This document shows, one piece after another, positions 56,293 through 64,000 of a stretch of DNA of 64,000 bases. Where the stretch lies: assembly GCA_036526195.1 (NCBI GenBank), contig DATCYZ010000029.1, positions 5,057 to 69,056 on the forward strand, in the 5' to 3' direction. This DNA comes from Burkholderiales bacterium. GTDB lineage: Bacteria; Pseudomonadota; Gammaproteobacteria; Burkholderiales; SG8-39. Position numbers and translations under genes: made by a program. Below the pieces are notes generated by a model. The model was not told the origin of the DNA and made no database searches. It saw nothing but the letters and a program-made list of their open reading frames with translations. Position 1 is the first letter of the stretch; each line of letters begins with the position of its first letter.

Positions 56293-58307
56293 GCCCCGAG
56301 TGTAGCGGGATCGAGCGCCGCGAGCACCGGCGGCACCGGGCAGTCGAGCGTCGCGGCCACGGTGCGCACCAGTTCGGCCTGCGCCAGGCGAAAGCCGCCG
56401 TGCGCCGCGGTGTCGAGGCAGGCGCGCAGCACGCGCGGCTTGCCGAGCGGCGCGAGGCGGCGCAGGCGCTCGAGCGCCTCGCCCACGCGCACGAGCGACA
56501 GTTCGCCGATCGGCACCAGCGCGTCGGTCGGCAGGCCGAGGCGCGGCGCGCCCTCGGCGAAGGCCGCGGCCGCCTCGCCGCGCGCCGCATGCGCGATCAG
56601 CGAGAGCACCAGGCCCGCCTCCCCCGCCACCTGTTCCATCTTGTCGAATTCGCTCCGCACCGGGCGCCCCGCGCCCTCGCGCAGGTGCTGACGCAGGAAG
56701 GTGAGCAGCACGAACTCCGCAAGCGTCACGCGCCGGTCCGCCGCCACGACCGCCGCGAGGTCCTCGACGAAGGCATCACGCCCCGCCTGCGGCTGCGCCT
56801 TGAGCGCCGGCAGCGCGAGTTCCGCCAGCGGCAGCACGCAGGCGCGGCCGAGCGCGGCGATCTCCTGCCACGCGGCAAGCGCTTCCTTCGCGGCCGCCGC
56901 ATCGCGACGCGCGGTGAGCGCGGCGAGCTCGGCGGCGCGCACCGTCTCGTCCTTCTCGAGGGCGAGGGCGAACATCACCTGTTCGGCGCCGGCCGCGGTG
57001 TCCAGTCGCGTGCGCGTCGTCGCGGGCACCGAGGCGATCAGCCGCGCGGCCGCATCGAGGTGTTCGCGTCCCGGATGGCCGACCGCCGCGGCCACGCCGG
57101 CGAGCGCGGCTGCAGTGGTCAGTTTTTCGCCTGCGCCCAGCGTCCTCACCACGTTGCCGCCGCCGTCGATCACCGCCACCGCGCCCAACTGGTGGATGCC
57201 CTCGCGCGCGCGGCGGTAGTCCTCGATGCGGAATCGCGGGTGCACGCGGCGGATGCGTTCGTCGATCGGCGGGTGGGTGCTGAAGCCCGGCCCCAGCCAG
57301 GTGCCCACGGCCTGGGCGAAGAACATGTGGCTCGCATCCTCGGCATGCGGGTGCAGCAGGCGCGTGCCCAGACGCAGCGAGCGCGTCGAATCCAGCGCCC
57401 CGGCGATGCCCTCGGGATTGCGCGTGAACTGCACGCTGGCGGCGTCGGCGAGGAACTCGCGCTGGCGGCCGATCGCGGACTTGATCAGGCGCGCCGCCAT
57501 CACCCCGACATGGCCGACGCCGGCGAGCACCACGCCCGCCAGCAGCAGGCCCGGAGAAAGCGTCTGCTTCTCGCGCTTCACGCCGATCGCGCCGCGCACC
57601 GCCACGCGCACCATGTGCTCCCCGGCCTGGCCGATGAACACGATGCCGTACAGCAGGCCGAGCAGCCAGACGTTCAGGCGCATGTCGCCGTTCAGGATGT
57701 GGCTGAACTCGTGGGCGATCACGCCCTGCAACTCGTCGCGGGTGAGCTTCTGCATCGCTGCGCGCGTGACGACGATCACCGCCTCGTTGGCGCTGTAGCC
57801 CGCGGCGAGCGCGTTGATCGCGGTCTCGTCCTCCATGACGTATACAGGGGGCACCGACATGCCCGAGGCGATCGCCATCTCCTCGACCACGTTGAGCAGC
57901 CGCGTGACCGCCGCGTTCGCCTGCCCGCGCTCGATAGGCCGCGCATCCAGCAATTCGGCCACCGCCTCGCCGCCGCCGCGCAACTGCCACATGCGCCAGA
58001 GCGAGGCCGCGACCATCAGGGCGAGCATGCCGCCGCCGATCGACCAGAAGAAGCCGCGCGGCACGCCCTTCGAAAGCACCTCGAAGTAGTTGCGCACCGG
58101 GCTGCGCAGGTCGAGCGTGAGCGACACGCCCTCGGGCAGGGGGCCGCCCCAAAACAGGATGAACAGCGCGAACAGCGCCCCGGCGATCAGCGCGACCGTT
58201 GCCGCGACCGCCACCACGGCGAGCGCGTAGACCGGCAGGAGGCGGCGCGTGGTGCGTCGCGCCGCCTCCTGCAACTCGAAGCAATCGGCGCTGCCCGCGC
58301 TCACCAT
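56289..58307 (-). CDS. M48 family metallopeptidase (HtpX-like membrane domain) with an about 300-aa C-terminal extension, paralog B
   Basis: 672 aa. HEXXH motif in GVIAHEFSHILNGDMRLNV, third-ligand region GRQREFLADAASVQF and flanking TM helices. Paralogous to the upstream gene. Confidence 0.85.
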   Translation of the reverse strand: MVSAGSADCFELQEAARRTTRRLLPVYALAVVAVAATVALIAGALFALFILFWGGPLPEGVSLTLDLRSPVRNYFEVLSKGVPRGFFWSIGGGMLALMVAASLWRMWQLRGGGEAVAELLDARPIERGQANAAVTRLLNVVEEMAIASGMSVPPVYVMEDETAINALAAGYSANEAVIVVTRAAMQKLTRDELQGVIAHEFSHILNGDMRLNVWLLGLLYGIVFIGQAGEHMVRVAVRGAIGVKREKQTLSPGLLLAGVVLAGVGHVGVMAARLIKSAIGRQREFLADAASVQFTRNPEGIAGALDSTRSLRLGTRLLHPHAEDASHMFFAQAVGTWLGPGFSTHPPIDERIRRVHPRFRIEDYRRAREGIHQLGAVAVIDGGGNVVRTLGAGEKLTTAAALAGVAAAVGHPGREHLDAAARLIASVPATTRTRLDTAAGAEQVMFALALEKDETVRAAELAALTARRDAAAAKEALAAWQEIAALGRACVLPLAELALPALKAQPQAGRDAFVEDLAAVVAADRRVTLAEFVLLTFLRQHLREGAGRPVRSEFDKMEQVAGEAGLVLSLIAHAARGEAAAAFAEGAPRLGLPTDALVPIGELSLVRVGEALERLRRLAPLGKPRVLRACLDTAAHGGFRLAQAELVRTVAATLDCPVPPVLAALDPATLGA

Positions 58308-58310
58308 CGA

Positions 58311-60332
58311 TCAGGCCTCGTGCGAGAGCGGATCGCTCGCCTCGAACCCGGCGGGCAGCGGGCAGTCGAGCACCGCGCCGATCACGCGCAGCAACTCGGC
58401 TTCCGCCACGCGGATCGTGCCGTCGGCGGTGACCGCGGCGAAGAGCCCCTTCACCAGCACCGCCTGCGCGAACGGCGCGAGCGCGCGCAGCGCCTCGAGC
58501 GCGTCCGCGAAGGCGGCCCCGGGCCTGCTCTGCGCCGGCATCGGCGCCTGCGGCAGGCCCATGGCCGACAGCGCGGCGCGCCAGGCCTCGCGCGATCGCG
58601 CCTCGCCGTCGGCGCCGTCGTGCCGGCCCGCATGGCAGAGCAACTCGAGCACCTGCAGCACTTCGGACCGGGCCGACTCCAGCGTGCGCGCGCCGGCCGC
58701 CGCGCGCGGCGGCGCCGGCGACAACTGGCTGCGCACCAGTTGCAGCACCACGAACTCCGCCAGCGTGACGCGCCGGTCGGCGTGGATCACGATCTCGAGC
58801 GCGCGCAGCAGCGCGTCCTGCGCCGCTTTCGGCGCGCGCTTGAGCGCCGGCAGCGCAAGGTCGACGAGCGGCAACCTGAATGCCGGGCCGAGCGGCGCGA
58901 TCGAGGGTTCGAGCGCGTTCGCCGCCTGTGCGAGCGCGCCCAGACCGGCCGCGTCCAGGCCGCGCTGCTGCGCGGCGCGCACCGCCTCGGGCCGGGCGAG
59001 CAGCAGCGCCACGAGCGCGGCGGCGGCGCCTTCCGCCTGGTGCAGGCGATCGTGCAGGTCCTCAGGCAGCGCCGCGATCAGACGCGCCGCGAAATCCACC
59101 CGGTCCGCCGTCATGCGGCCGACCAGTTCCGTGCTGGCGCCCGCCGAACGCCCCCACGCGAGCGCCCGGTCATCGCCGCGCCGCCCGCGATTGCCGGCCA
59201 GCACCGCGGCGGTCGCGAGCAGGGCCTGCGCCGCGCCGCGGCGGCGTTGTTCGGCTTCTTGCGCCGCCTGCGGATCGGCCGCCAGCGCGCGCCGCCGCTC
59301 GAGGTAGTCCGACGCGCGAAAGCCCGGATGCACGCGCCGGATGCGCGACTCGAGCGGCGGGTGCGTGGCGAACAGGCCGCCGAACCAGACCGCGACCGGC
59401 GCGCCGAAGCACATGTGCGAGAGCGCCTCGGCATGGCGCGCGCCGATGCGCGCCCCGCCCGCGTGCCGGCCGATCTGGTGCAGGGCGCCGGCGATGCCCT
59501 CGGGATTGCGCGTGAATTGCACGCTGGCGGCATCGGCGAGGAACTCGCGCTGGCGCGACACCGCCGCCTTGATCAGGCGCGCGAAGCCGAAGCCCACCGC
59601 GCCGACGATGAAGAGCGCGAGCCCGAGCACGAAGAAGCCCGCGGCACCGCCGTCCTTGCGACCGCGCGATTCGCCGACGCTGCGCATGATGAAGCGGCCG
59701 ATGGCGCCGATGAAGACGATCCCCTGCAAGGTGCCGAGCAGGCGCACGTTCAGGCGCATGTCACCGTTCAGGATGTGGCTGAACTCATGGCCGATCACGC
59801 CCTGCAACTCGTCCCGTGTCAGCGTCTCGAGCGCGCCGCGCGTCACCGCCACCACCGCCCCGGCAATCTGCGTGCCTGCGGCGAAGGCGTTGATGCCGGC
59901 TTCGTCGGCCATGACGTAGCTCTGCGGCACGCGCACGCCCGCGGCGATCGCCATCTCCTCGACCACGTTCAGCAGGCGCTGCTCGAGCGGATCGTGCGTC
60001 GCGGGATCGACCGGCCGCGCCCCGGCCATGTCCGCCACCACGGCGCCGCCGCCGGAGAGGCGGTGCGTGTGCCACAGGCTCACCAGCCCGATGACGGTCG
60101 CGGTGACCGCGGCGCCGCCGGCGAGCAGGTCGCGCGGCACCGCGCGCAGCGCGGCGGGCAGCTCGAGCGGGCCGCCGCGCGCCGCCGTCAGGGTCTCGGC
60201 GTGCAACCAGATCCAGGCCCCGGCGATCACCGCGTCCACCGCGAGGATCACGCCGAGCACCGCCAGCAGGTACAGCCCAACGAGCAGGCGCGTATTGCGC
60301 CGCGCGAGTTGCTGGTGCTCGAAAAAGTTCAT
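58311..60332 (-). CDS. M48 family metallopeptidase (HtpX-like membrane domain) with an about 300-aa C-terminal extension, paralog A
   Basis: 673 aa. HEFSH at residues 182-186 (59775-59789), SRQREFLADAASVQF and four TM segments. The C-terminal region carries ADRRVTLAEFVVL and ADGTIRVAEAELL motifs. Confidence 0.85.
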   Translation of the reverse strand: MNFFEHQQLARRNTRLLVGLYLLAVLGVILAVDAVIAGAWIWLHAETLTAARGGPLELPAALRAVPRDLLAGGAAVTATVIGLVSLWHTHRLSGGGAVVADMAGARPVDPATHDPLEQRLLNVVEEMAIAAGVRVPQSYVMADEAGINAFAAGTQIAGAVVAVTRGALETLTRDELQGVIGHEFSHILNGDMRLNVRLLGTLQGIVFIGAIGRFIMRSVGESRGRKDGGAAGFFVLGLALFIVGAVGFGFARLIKAAVSRQREFLADAASVQFTRNPEGIAGALHQIGRHAGGARIGARHAEALSHMCFGAPVAVWFGGLFATHPPLESRIRRVHPGFRASDYLERRRALAADPQAAQEAEQRRRGAAQALLATAAVLAGNRGRRGDDRALAWGRSAGASTELVGRMTADRVDFAARLIAALPEDLHDRLHQAEGAAAALVALLLARPEAVRAAQQRGLDAAGLGALAQAANALEPSIAPLGPAFRLPLVDLALPALKRAPKAAQDALLRALEIVIHADRRVTLAEFVVLQLVRSQLSPAPPRAAAGARTLESARSEVLQVLELLCHAGRHDGADGEARSREAWRAALSAMGLPQAPMPAQSRPGAAFADALEALRALAPFAQAVLVKGLFAAVTADGTIRVAEAELLRVIGAVLDCPLPAGFEASDPLSHEA

Positions 60333-60372
60333 CTGCGCGCGGGGCGCGCCAGGCCGCGCGGGCGGGCCGCGC

Positions 60373-60969
60373 TCAGTTGAACTTGACCTTCGGCGCCTGG
60401 CGCTCCTCGGCGGACTCGGTCGCCTGCAGCAGTTCCGCCCCGGGGAACCCGAGCACGCCGGCCACCGCCACCGGCGGAAAGCTCTCGCGGTAGGTGTTGA
60501 ACTCCATCACCGCGTCGTTGAAGGCCTGGCGCGCGAAGGCGACCTTGTTCTCGGTACTCACCAGTTCCTCCTGCACCTGCATGACGTTCTGGTTCGCCTT
60601 CAGGTCGGGGTAGGCCTCGAACACCGCGAGCAGCTTGCCGAGCGCGCCGCCGAGCGCGCCTTCGGCCTGCGCGAGCCCGCGCATCGCCGCCGGGTCGCCC
60701 GGGGACGCGGCGGCGCGGCCCTCGGCGCTCACCGCCGCGGCGCGCGCCTTGACCACCGCCTCGAGCGTCTCGCGCTCGTGGGTGAGGTAGCCCTTGGCCG
60801 CCTCGACCAGGTTCGGGATCAGGTCGTAGCGGCGCTTCAACTGCACGTCGATCTGCGCGAAGCCGTTCTTGAAGCGGTTCCTCAGCACCACCAGCCGGTT
60901 GTAGATGCTGATCACCCACACCAGCAGCACGGCGACGACTCCAAGCGCGATCCAGTTTCCGGTGCTCAT
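60373..60969 (-). CDS. lemA: LemA family protein
   Basis: I prefer ATG 60969. N-terminal TM anchor WIALGVVAVLLVWVISIY, followed by the LemA signature NRLVVLRNRFKNGFAQIDVQLKRRYDLIPNLVE. 198 aa. Confidence 0.88.
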   Translation of the reverse strand: MSTGNWIALGVVAVLLVWVISIYNRLVVLRNRFKNGFAQIDVQLKRRYDLIPNLVEAAKGYLTHERETLEAVVKARAAAVSAEGRAAASPGDPAAMRGLAQAEGALGGALGKLLAVFEAYPDLKANQNVMQVQEELVSTENKVAFARQAFNDAVMEFNTYRESFPPVAVAGVLGFPGAELLQATESAEERQAPKVKFN

Positions 60970-61035
60970 CACGGGTCCCCCTTGGTGGCAAATCGGCCCG
61001 GCCACTATACCCGAGGCGCCGCTCTACAATGTCGC

Positions 61036-61971
61036 ATGGTCGCCCCGCGCATCCGCCCGGCGCGCCGTGCGATGCTCCTCGGTCTCGCCGGCGCGACCGC
61101 CCTGCTCGCCGGCGCGCGCTTCGTGAAGGCCGCTCGCGCCATGACGCTGCACACCCGTCCCATTCCCTCCAGCGGCGAACCCCTCCCGGTCATCGGCCTG
61201 GGCACCTGGCAGACCTTCGACGTCGGCGCAGACGCCGCCGCGCGCGCGCCGCTCGCCGAGGTGCTGCGCCTGTTCAGCGCCGCGGGCGGACAGGTGATCG
61301 ACAGCTCGCCGATGTACGGCGCCGCCGAATCGGTGGTCGGTGACCTGGTCGCCGAGGCCGGCCTGCAGGCACGCCTGTTCCTCGCCACCAAGGTCTGGAC
61401 CCGTGGGCGCAGCGCCGGCATCGCGCAGATGGAGCAGTCCCTCGCGCGCCTGCATGCGCAGCGAATCGGCCTGATGCAGGTGCACAACCTGCTCGATGTC
61501 GAGACGCACGCAGGCACCCTTGCCGAGTGGAAGCGTGCAGGACGCGTGCGCCACGTCGGCATCACGCACTGGTCGGCCTCGGCCTACGGCGAAGTCGAGC
61601 GGCAGTTGAAGGCGCGCGCCTGGGACACGCTGCAGATCAACTATTCGCTCGCAGAGCCCGAGTCCGCCGAGCGCCTGCTGCCGCTCGCGCAGGACCGCGG
61701 CGTCGCGGTGATCGTCAACCGGCCCTTCGCCGAGGGCGCCCTGTTTCGCCGGACGCGCGGCAAGCCGCTGCCGGACTGGGCCGCGGAACTCGGCATCGAA
61801 AGCTGGGCGCAGTACTTCCTCAAGTGGATCCTCGGCCACCCGGCGGTCAGCTGCGCGATCCCCGGCACCGGGCGGCCGGCGCACATGCGCGACAACCTCG
61901 CCGCCGGCACCGGCGCGCTGCCCGACGCCGCGATGCGCCGGCACATGGCCGCGCACTTCGCCAACCTGTGA
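61036..61971 (+). CDS. aldo/keto reductase with an N-terminal twin-arginine-like leader
   Basis: AKR core LPVIGLGTW ... IDSSPMYG ... HVGITHW. The upstream 35 codons, MVAPRIRPARRAMLLGLAGATALLAGARFVKAARA, look like a Tat signal. An alternative start at ATG 61141 would remove it. Confidence 0.8.
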   Translation: MVAPRIRPARRAMLLGLAGATALLAGARFVKAARAMTLHTRPIPSSGEPLPVIGLGTWQTFDVGADAAARAPLAEVLRLFSAAGGQVIDSSPMYGAAESVVGDLVAEAGLQARLFLATKVWTRGRSAGIAQMEQSLARLHAQRIGLMQVHNLLDVETHAGTLAEWKRAGRVRHVGITHWSASAYGEVERQLKARAWDTLQINYSLAEPESAERLLPLAQDRGVAVIVNRPFAEGALFRRTRGKPLPDWAAELGIESWAQYFLKWILGHPAVSCAIPGTGRPAHMRDNLAAGTGALPDAAMRRHMAAHFANL

Positions 61972-62825
61972 AGCGCGCGCGGCTCGCCACCGTCCTCCTG
62001 TGCGGCCTGCTTGCGGCCTGCGAGGCGCCGCCGCAGCCGCCGCACGAAGGCGTGGACGTGACACGCAGCCTGCTGCGCCTGATGCCTGCAAGTTTCGTCG
62101 AGCGCACCGCCGCCGGCCAGTACCGGGAGATGCTGCGTGCCGCCGAGCACAAGCGCGCGCTCAACACCGACGCCGCGCAGCTCGCGCGCCTGCGGCGCAT
62201 CGCCGATGCGCTGGTGCCGCACGCAAAGCGGTTCAACCCGGACGCCGGCGCCTGGCGCTGGGAGGTGAACCTGATCCGGTCCTCCGCGGTGAACGCCTTT
62301 TGCATGCCCGGCGGCAAGATCGGCTTCTTCACCGGCATCCTCGAGCGGCTGAAGCTCACCGACGACGAGCTCGCCGCCATCATGGGCCACGAGATCGCGC
62401 ACGCGCTGCTCGAGCACGGCCGCGCGCGCATGTCGGAGCAGCTGGTGAAGCAGCTCGGCGTCACCGCGATCGCGGCGTACTTCGGCCTGTCGGAAGTCTC
62501 GACCGCGGTGCTCTCGCAGACCGCGACGCTTGCGCTGTCGCTACCGCACTCGCGCGGCCAGGAGACCGACGCCGATCTCGCCGGCATGGAACTCGCCGCG
62601 CGCGCCGGCTACGATCCGCGCGCCGCGGCCGCGGTCTGGCGCAAGATGGCGGCGCTGGCGAAGTCCGGCGCGACCGGCCAGCCGCCGCAGTTCCTCTCCA
62701 CCCACCCGGCGCACGACACGCGCATCCGCGACATCGAGGCCGCGCTGCCGAAGGTGCTGCCGCTTTACGCCGTGGCGCGCGCCGGCGGGGCGCGCCCGGG
62801 CCCGGATTCCGGCAGGGAGAAATAG
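61968..62825 (+). CDS. M48 family metallopeptidase, lipoprotein
   Basis: GTG start overlapping the AKR stop (GTGA). Lipobox LLAAC. HEXXH in IMGHEIAHALLEHG. FLSTHPAHDTRI motif. 285 aa. Confidence 0.85.
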   Translation: MKRARLATVLLCGLLAACEAPPQPPHEGVDVTRSLLRLMPASFVERTAAGQYREMLRAAEHKRALNTDAAQLARLRRIADALVPHAKRFNPDAGAWRWEVNLIRSSAVNAFCMPGGKIGFFTGILERLKLTDDELAAIMGHEIAHALLEHGRARMSEQLVKQLGVTAIAAYFGLSEVSTAVLSQTATLALSLPHSRGQETDADLAGMELAARAGYDPRAAAAVWRKMAALAKSGATGQPPQFLSTHPAHDTRIRDIEAALPKVLPLYAVARAGGARPGPDSGREK

Positions 62826-62883
62826 AACGTCGCGCCCGGTGGCGATCCATGACCTCAACCGGCCGAACAAGGCGCCCACCCCG

Positions 62884-64000
62884 CTACGGGCCCCGATGCA
62901 GCAGCTCAGGCCCCGCATCGGCGATCGTCGGCACGCCGCACAGCCGCATCGTGCGCTCGAGTTCATCGACCAGGATGGTGAGCGCGCGCGTCGCACCGGG
63001 CTCGCCGGCCGCCGCCACGCCGTAGAACACCGCACGCCCCACCGCCACCGATTCAGCGCCGAGCGCGCGCGCCTTCAGCACGTCGCCGCCGCGGCGCACG
63101 CCGGAATCGAGCATCACCGGCACGCGCCCCTTCACCGCGGCGACGATGGCGGGCAGCGCGTCCAGCGTCGCCGCCGCGCCGTCCAGCTGCCGGCCGCCGT
63201 GGTTGGAGATCCAGATGCCGTCCACGCCCAGCGCGAGCAACCGCTCGGCGTCGTCCGCGCGTTCCACGCCCTTCACCAGCAGTTTGCCCTTCCACTGCCC
63301 GCGCAGCCGCGCGACGTCGTCGAAATCGAGCGAGGCGTCCATCTCGCGCCCGACCGAGGAGGCGATCGCCGAGGCGCTCTGCTCTGCCACCGGCATCATG
63401 CCGCGCAGGTTCTCGAAGGTCGGCACGCCGCCCGCGGCGACGATGGACATCGACCAGGCCGGGTGCAGCATCCCCTGCACCACGTGCGACACGCCCATGC
63501 GAAACGGCACCGTGAAACGGTTGCGGAAGTCGCGCTCGCGCTTGCCGCCCGAGGCGAGGTCGGCGGTGACCGCCAGCGCCTCGCAGCCGGCGGCAGCAGC
63601 GCGCGCCACCATCTTCTCGGTGAAGGCGCGGTCGCGAAAGACATAGAGCTGGTACCACAGCCGCCCGCCGGCGGCCTCGGCGATCGCCTCCATGGTGGCG
63701 GTGGTGTTCGTCGACAGGCAGCAGGGCAGGCCGGCCGCCGCCGCGGCGCGGGCGATCGCGATGTCGCCGCCGGGCCAGGCGAAGCCCACCCCGCCGGTGG
63801 GCGCGATGACGATGGGCGCGCGTGCCGGCGCACCCAGGATGCTGCAGGACGTGTCCACCTTCGCCACGTCGCGCAGCACGCGCGGGGCGAAGCGCACGCG
63901 CTCGTACGCCTCGCGGTTGGCGCGCAGCGTCACCTCGTCCTCGGCGCCGCCGTCGATGAAGTCGAACACCATGCGCGGCAGGCGGCGTTCGGCGAGCCGG
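62884..64000 (-). CDS. FMN-dependent alpha-hydroxy acid dehydrogenase/oxidase (LldD-like); N-terminus outside window
   Basis: The frame stays open to the window edge (RLAERRLPRMVFDFIDGGAEDE...). Family segments are the IAPTG region, WYQLY, and SNHGGRQLD with the catalytic His. Confidence 0.88.
   Translation of the reverse strand, partial: RLAERRLPRMVFDFIDGGAEDEVTLRANREAYERVRFAPRVLRDVAKVDTSCSILGAPARAPIVIAPTGGVGFAWPGGDIAIARAAAAAGLPCCLSTNTTATMEAIAEAAGGRLWYQLYVFRDRAFTEKMVARAAAAGCEALAVTADLASGGKRERDFRNRFTVPFRMGVSHVVQGMLHPAWSMSIVAAGGVPTFENLRGMMPVAEQSASAIASSVGREMDASLDFDDVARLRGQWKGKLLVKGVERADDAERLLALGVDGIWISNHGGRQLDGAAATLDALPAIVAAVKGRVPVMLDSGVRRGGDVLKARALGAESVAVGRAVFYGVAAAGEPGATRALTILVDELERTMRLCGVPTIADAGPELLHRGP

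Noticed and set aside
56400-60380. A 1326-aa ORF on the plus strand, the longest in the track, spanning both M48 genes
   Set aside because: It is antisense to two ORFs with clear HEXXH peptidase signatures. Its product is dominated by Arg, Ala, Gly, His and Asp, with no motif, which is the usual shadow ORF of very GC-rich DNA.

Overview
Very GC-rich proteobacterial chromosome segment. The gene content (an orphan Bug/TctC binding protein, a gcv operon behind a tandem glycine riboswitch) fits a betaproteobacterium best, but this is inference only. I call about 58 protein-coding genes. They are tightly packed, and many neighbours share ATGA/GTGA/TTGA start-stop overlaps. I saw no rRNA, tRNA, CRISPR array, transposase or integrase. 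From left to right the window contains: (1) the end of a CoxL/CoxM-type Mo-hydroxylase locus. (2) A long minus-strand array: Bug/TctC binding protein, 2-hydroxyacid dehydrogenase, enolase-superfamily enzyme, GntR regulator and a five-gene LIV-type ABC importer. (3) A second Mo-hydroxylase operon with an MBL-fold lactonase gene between the small and large subunit genes, followed by an SDR-like gene, an acyl-CoA synthetase and a tandem-HxlR regulator. (4) A cupin/HpaB-type monooxygenase pair, divergent from a third Mo-hydroxylase operon. That operon has the order large subunit, FAD subunit, 2Fe-2S subunit, CoA ligase, enoyl-CoA hydratase, which matches the hmfABCDE 2-furoyl-CoA pathway. (5) A DapA-like/epimerase/unknown operon. 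(6) gcvH-gcvP-gcvT behind a tandem glycine riboswitch and a near-consensus promoter. (7) An AidB-like acyl-CoA dehydrogenase, divergent from a MoxR(CoxD-like) / malonyl-CoA decarboxylase / VWA(CoxE-like) / CoxG operon. (8) Housekeeping genes: alaX-like, pmbA, yjgA, mogA, thyA, argC. (9) A PilZ-domain protein and a degenerate nucleotide-cyclase homologue. (10) A tightly coupled five-gene minus-strand operon: LemA, two paralogous about 670-aa M48 metallopeptidases, a 986-aa FAD/Fe-S dehydrogenase and a secreted ankyrin-repeat protein. (11) An aldo/keto reductase with a Tat-like leader, coupled to a third M48 (lipoprotein) peptidase. (12) A truncated FMN-dependent 2-hydroxyacid dehydrogenase gene at the right edge. 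The best candidates for undescribed biology are the LemA/M48/M48/FAD-FeS/ankyrin operon, the lactonase-containing Mo-hydroxylase/CoA-ligase operon with its tandem HxlR-zinc-ribbon regulator, the malonyl-CoA decarboxylase embedded in a MoxR-VWA-CoxG operon, and a REP-associated duplication that creates an upstream ORF ending on the argC start codon. All family assignments come from motif recognition by eye. No database search was run.
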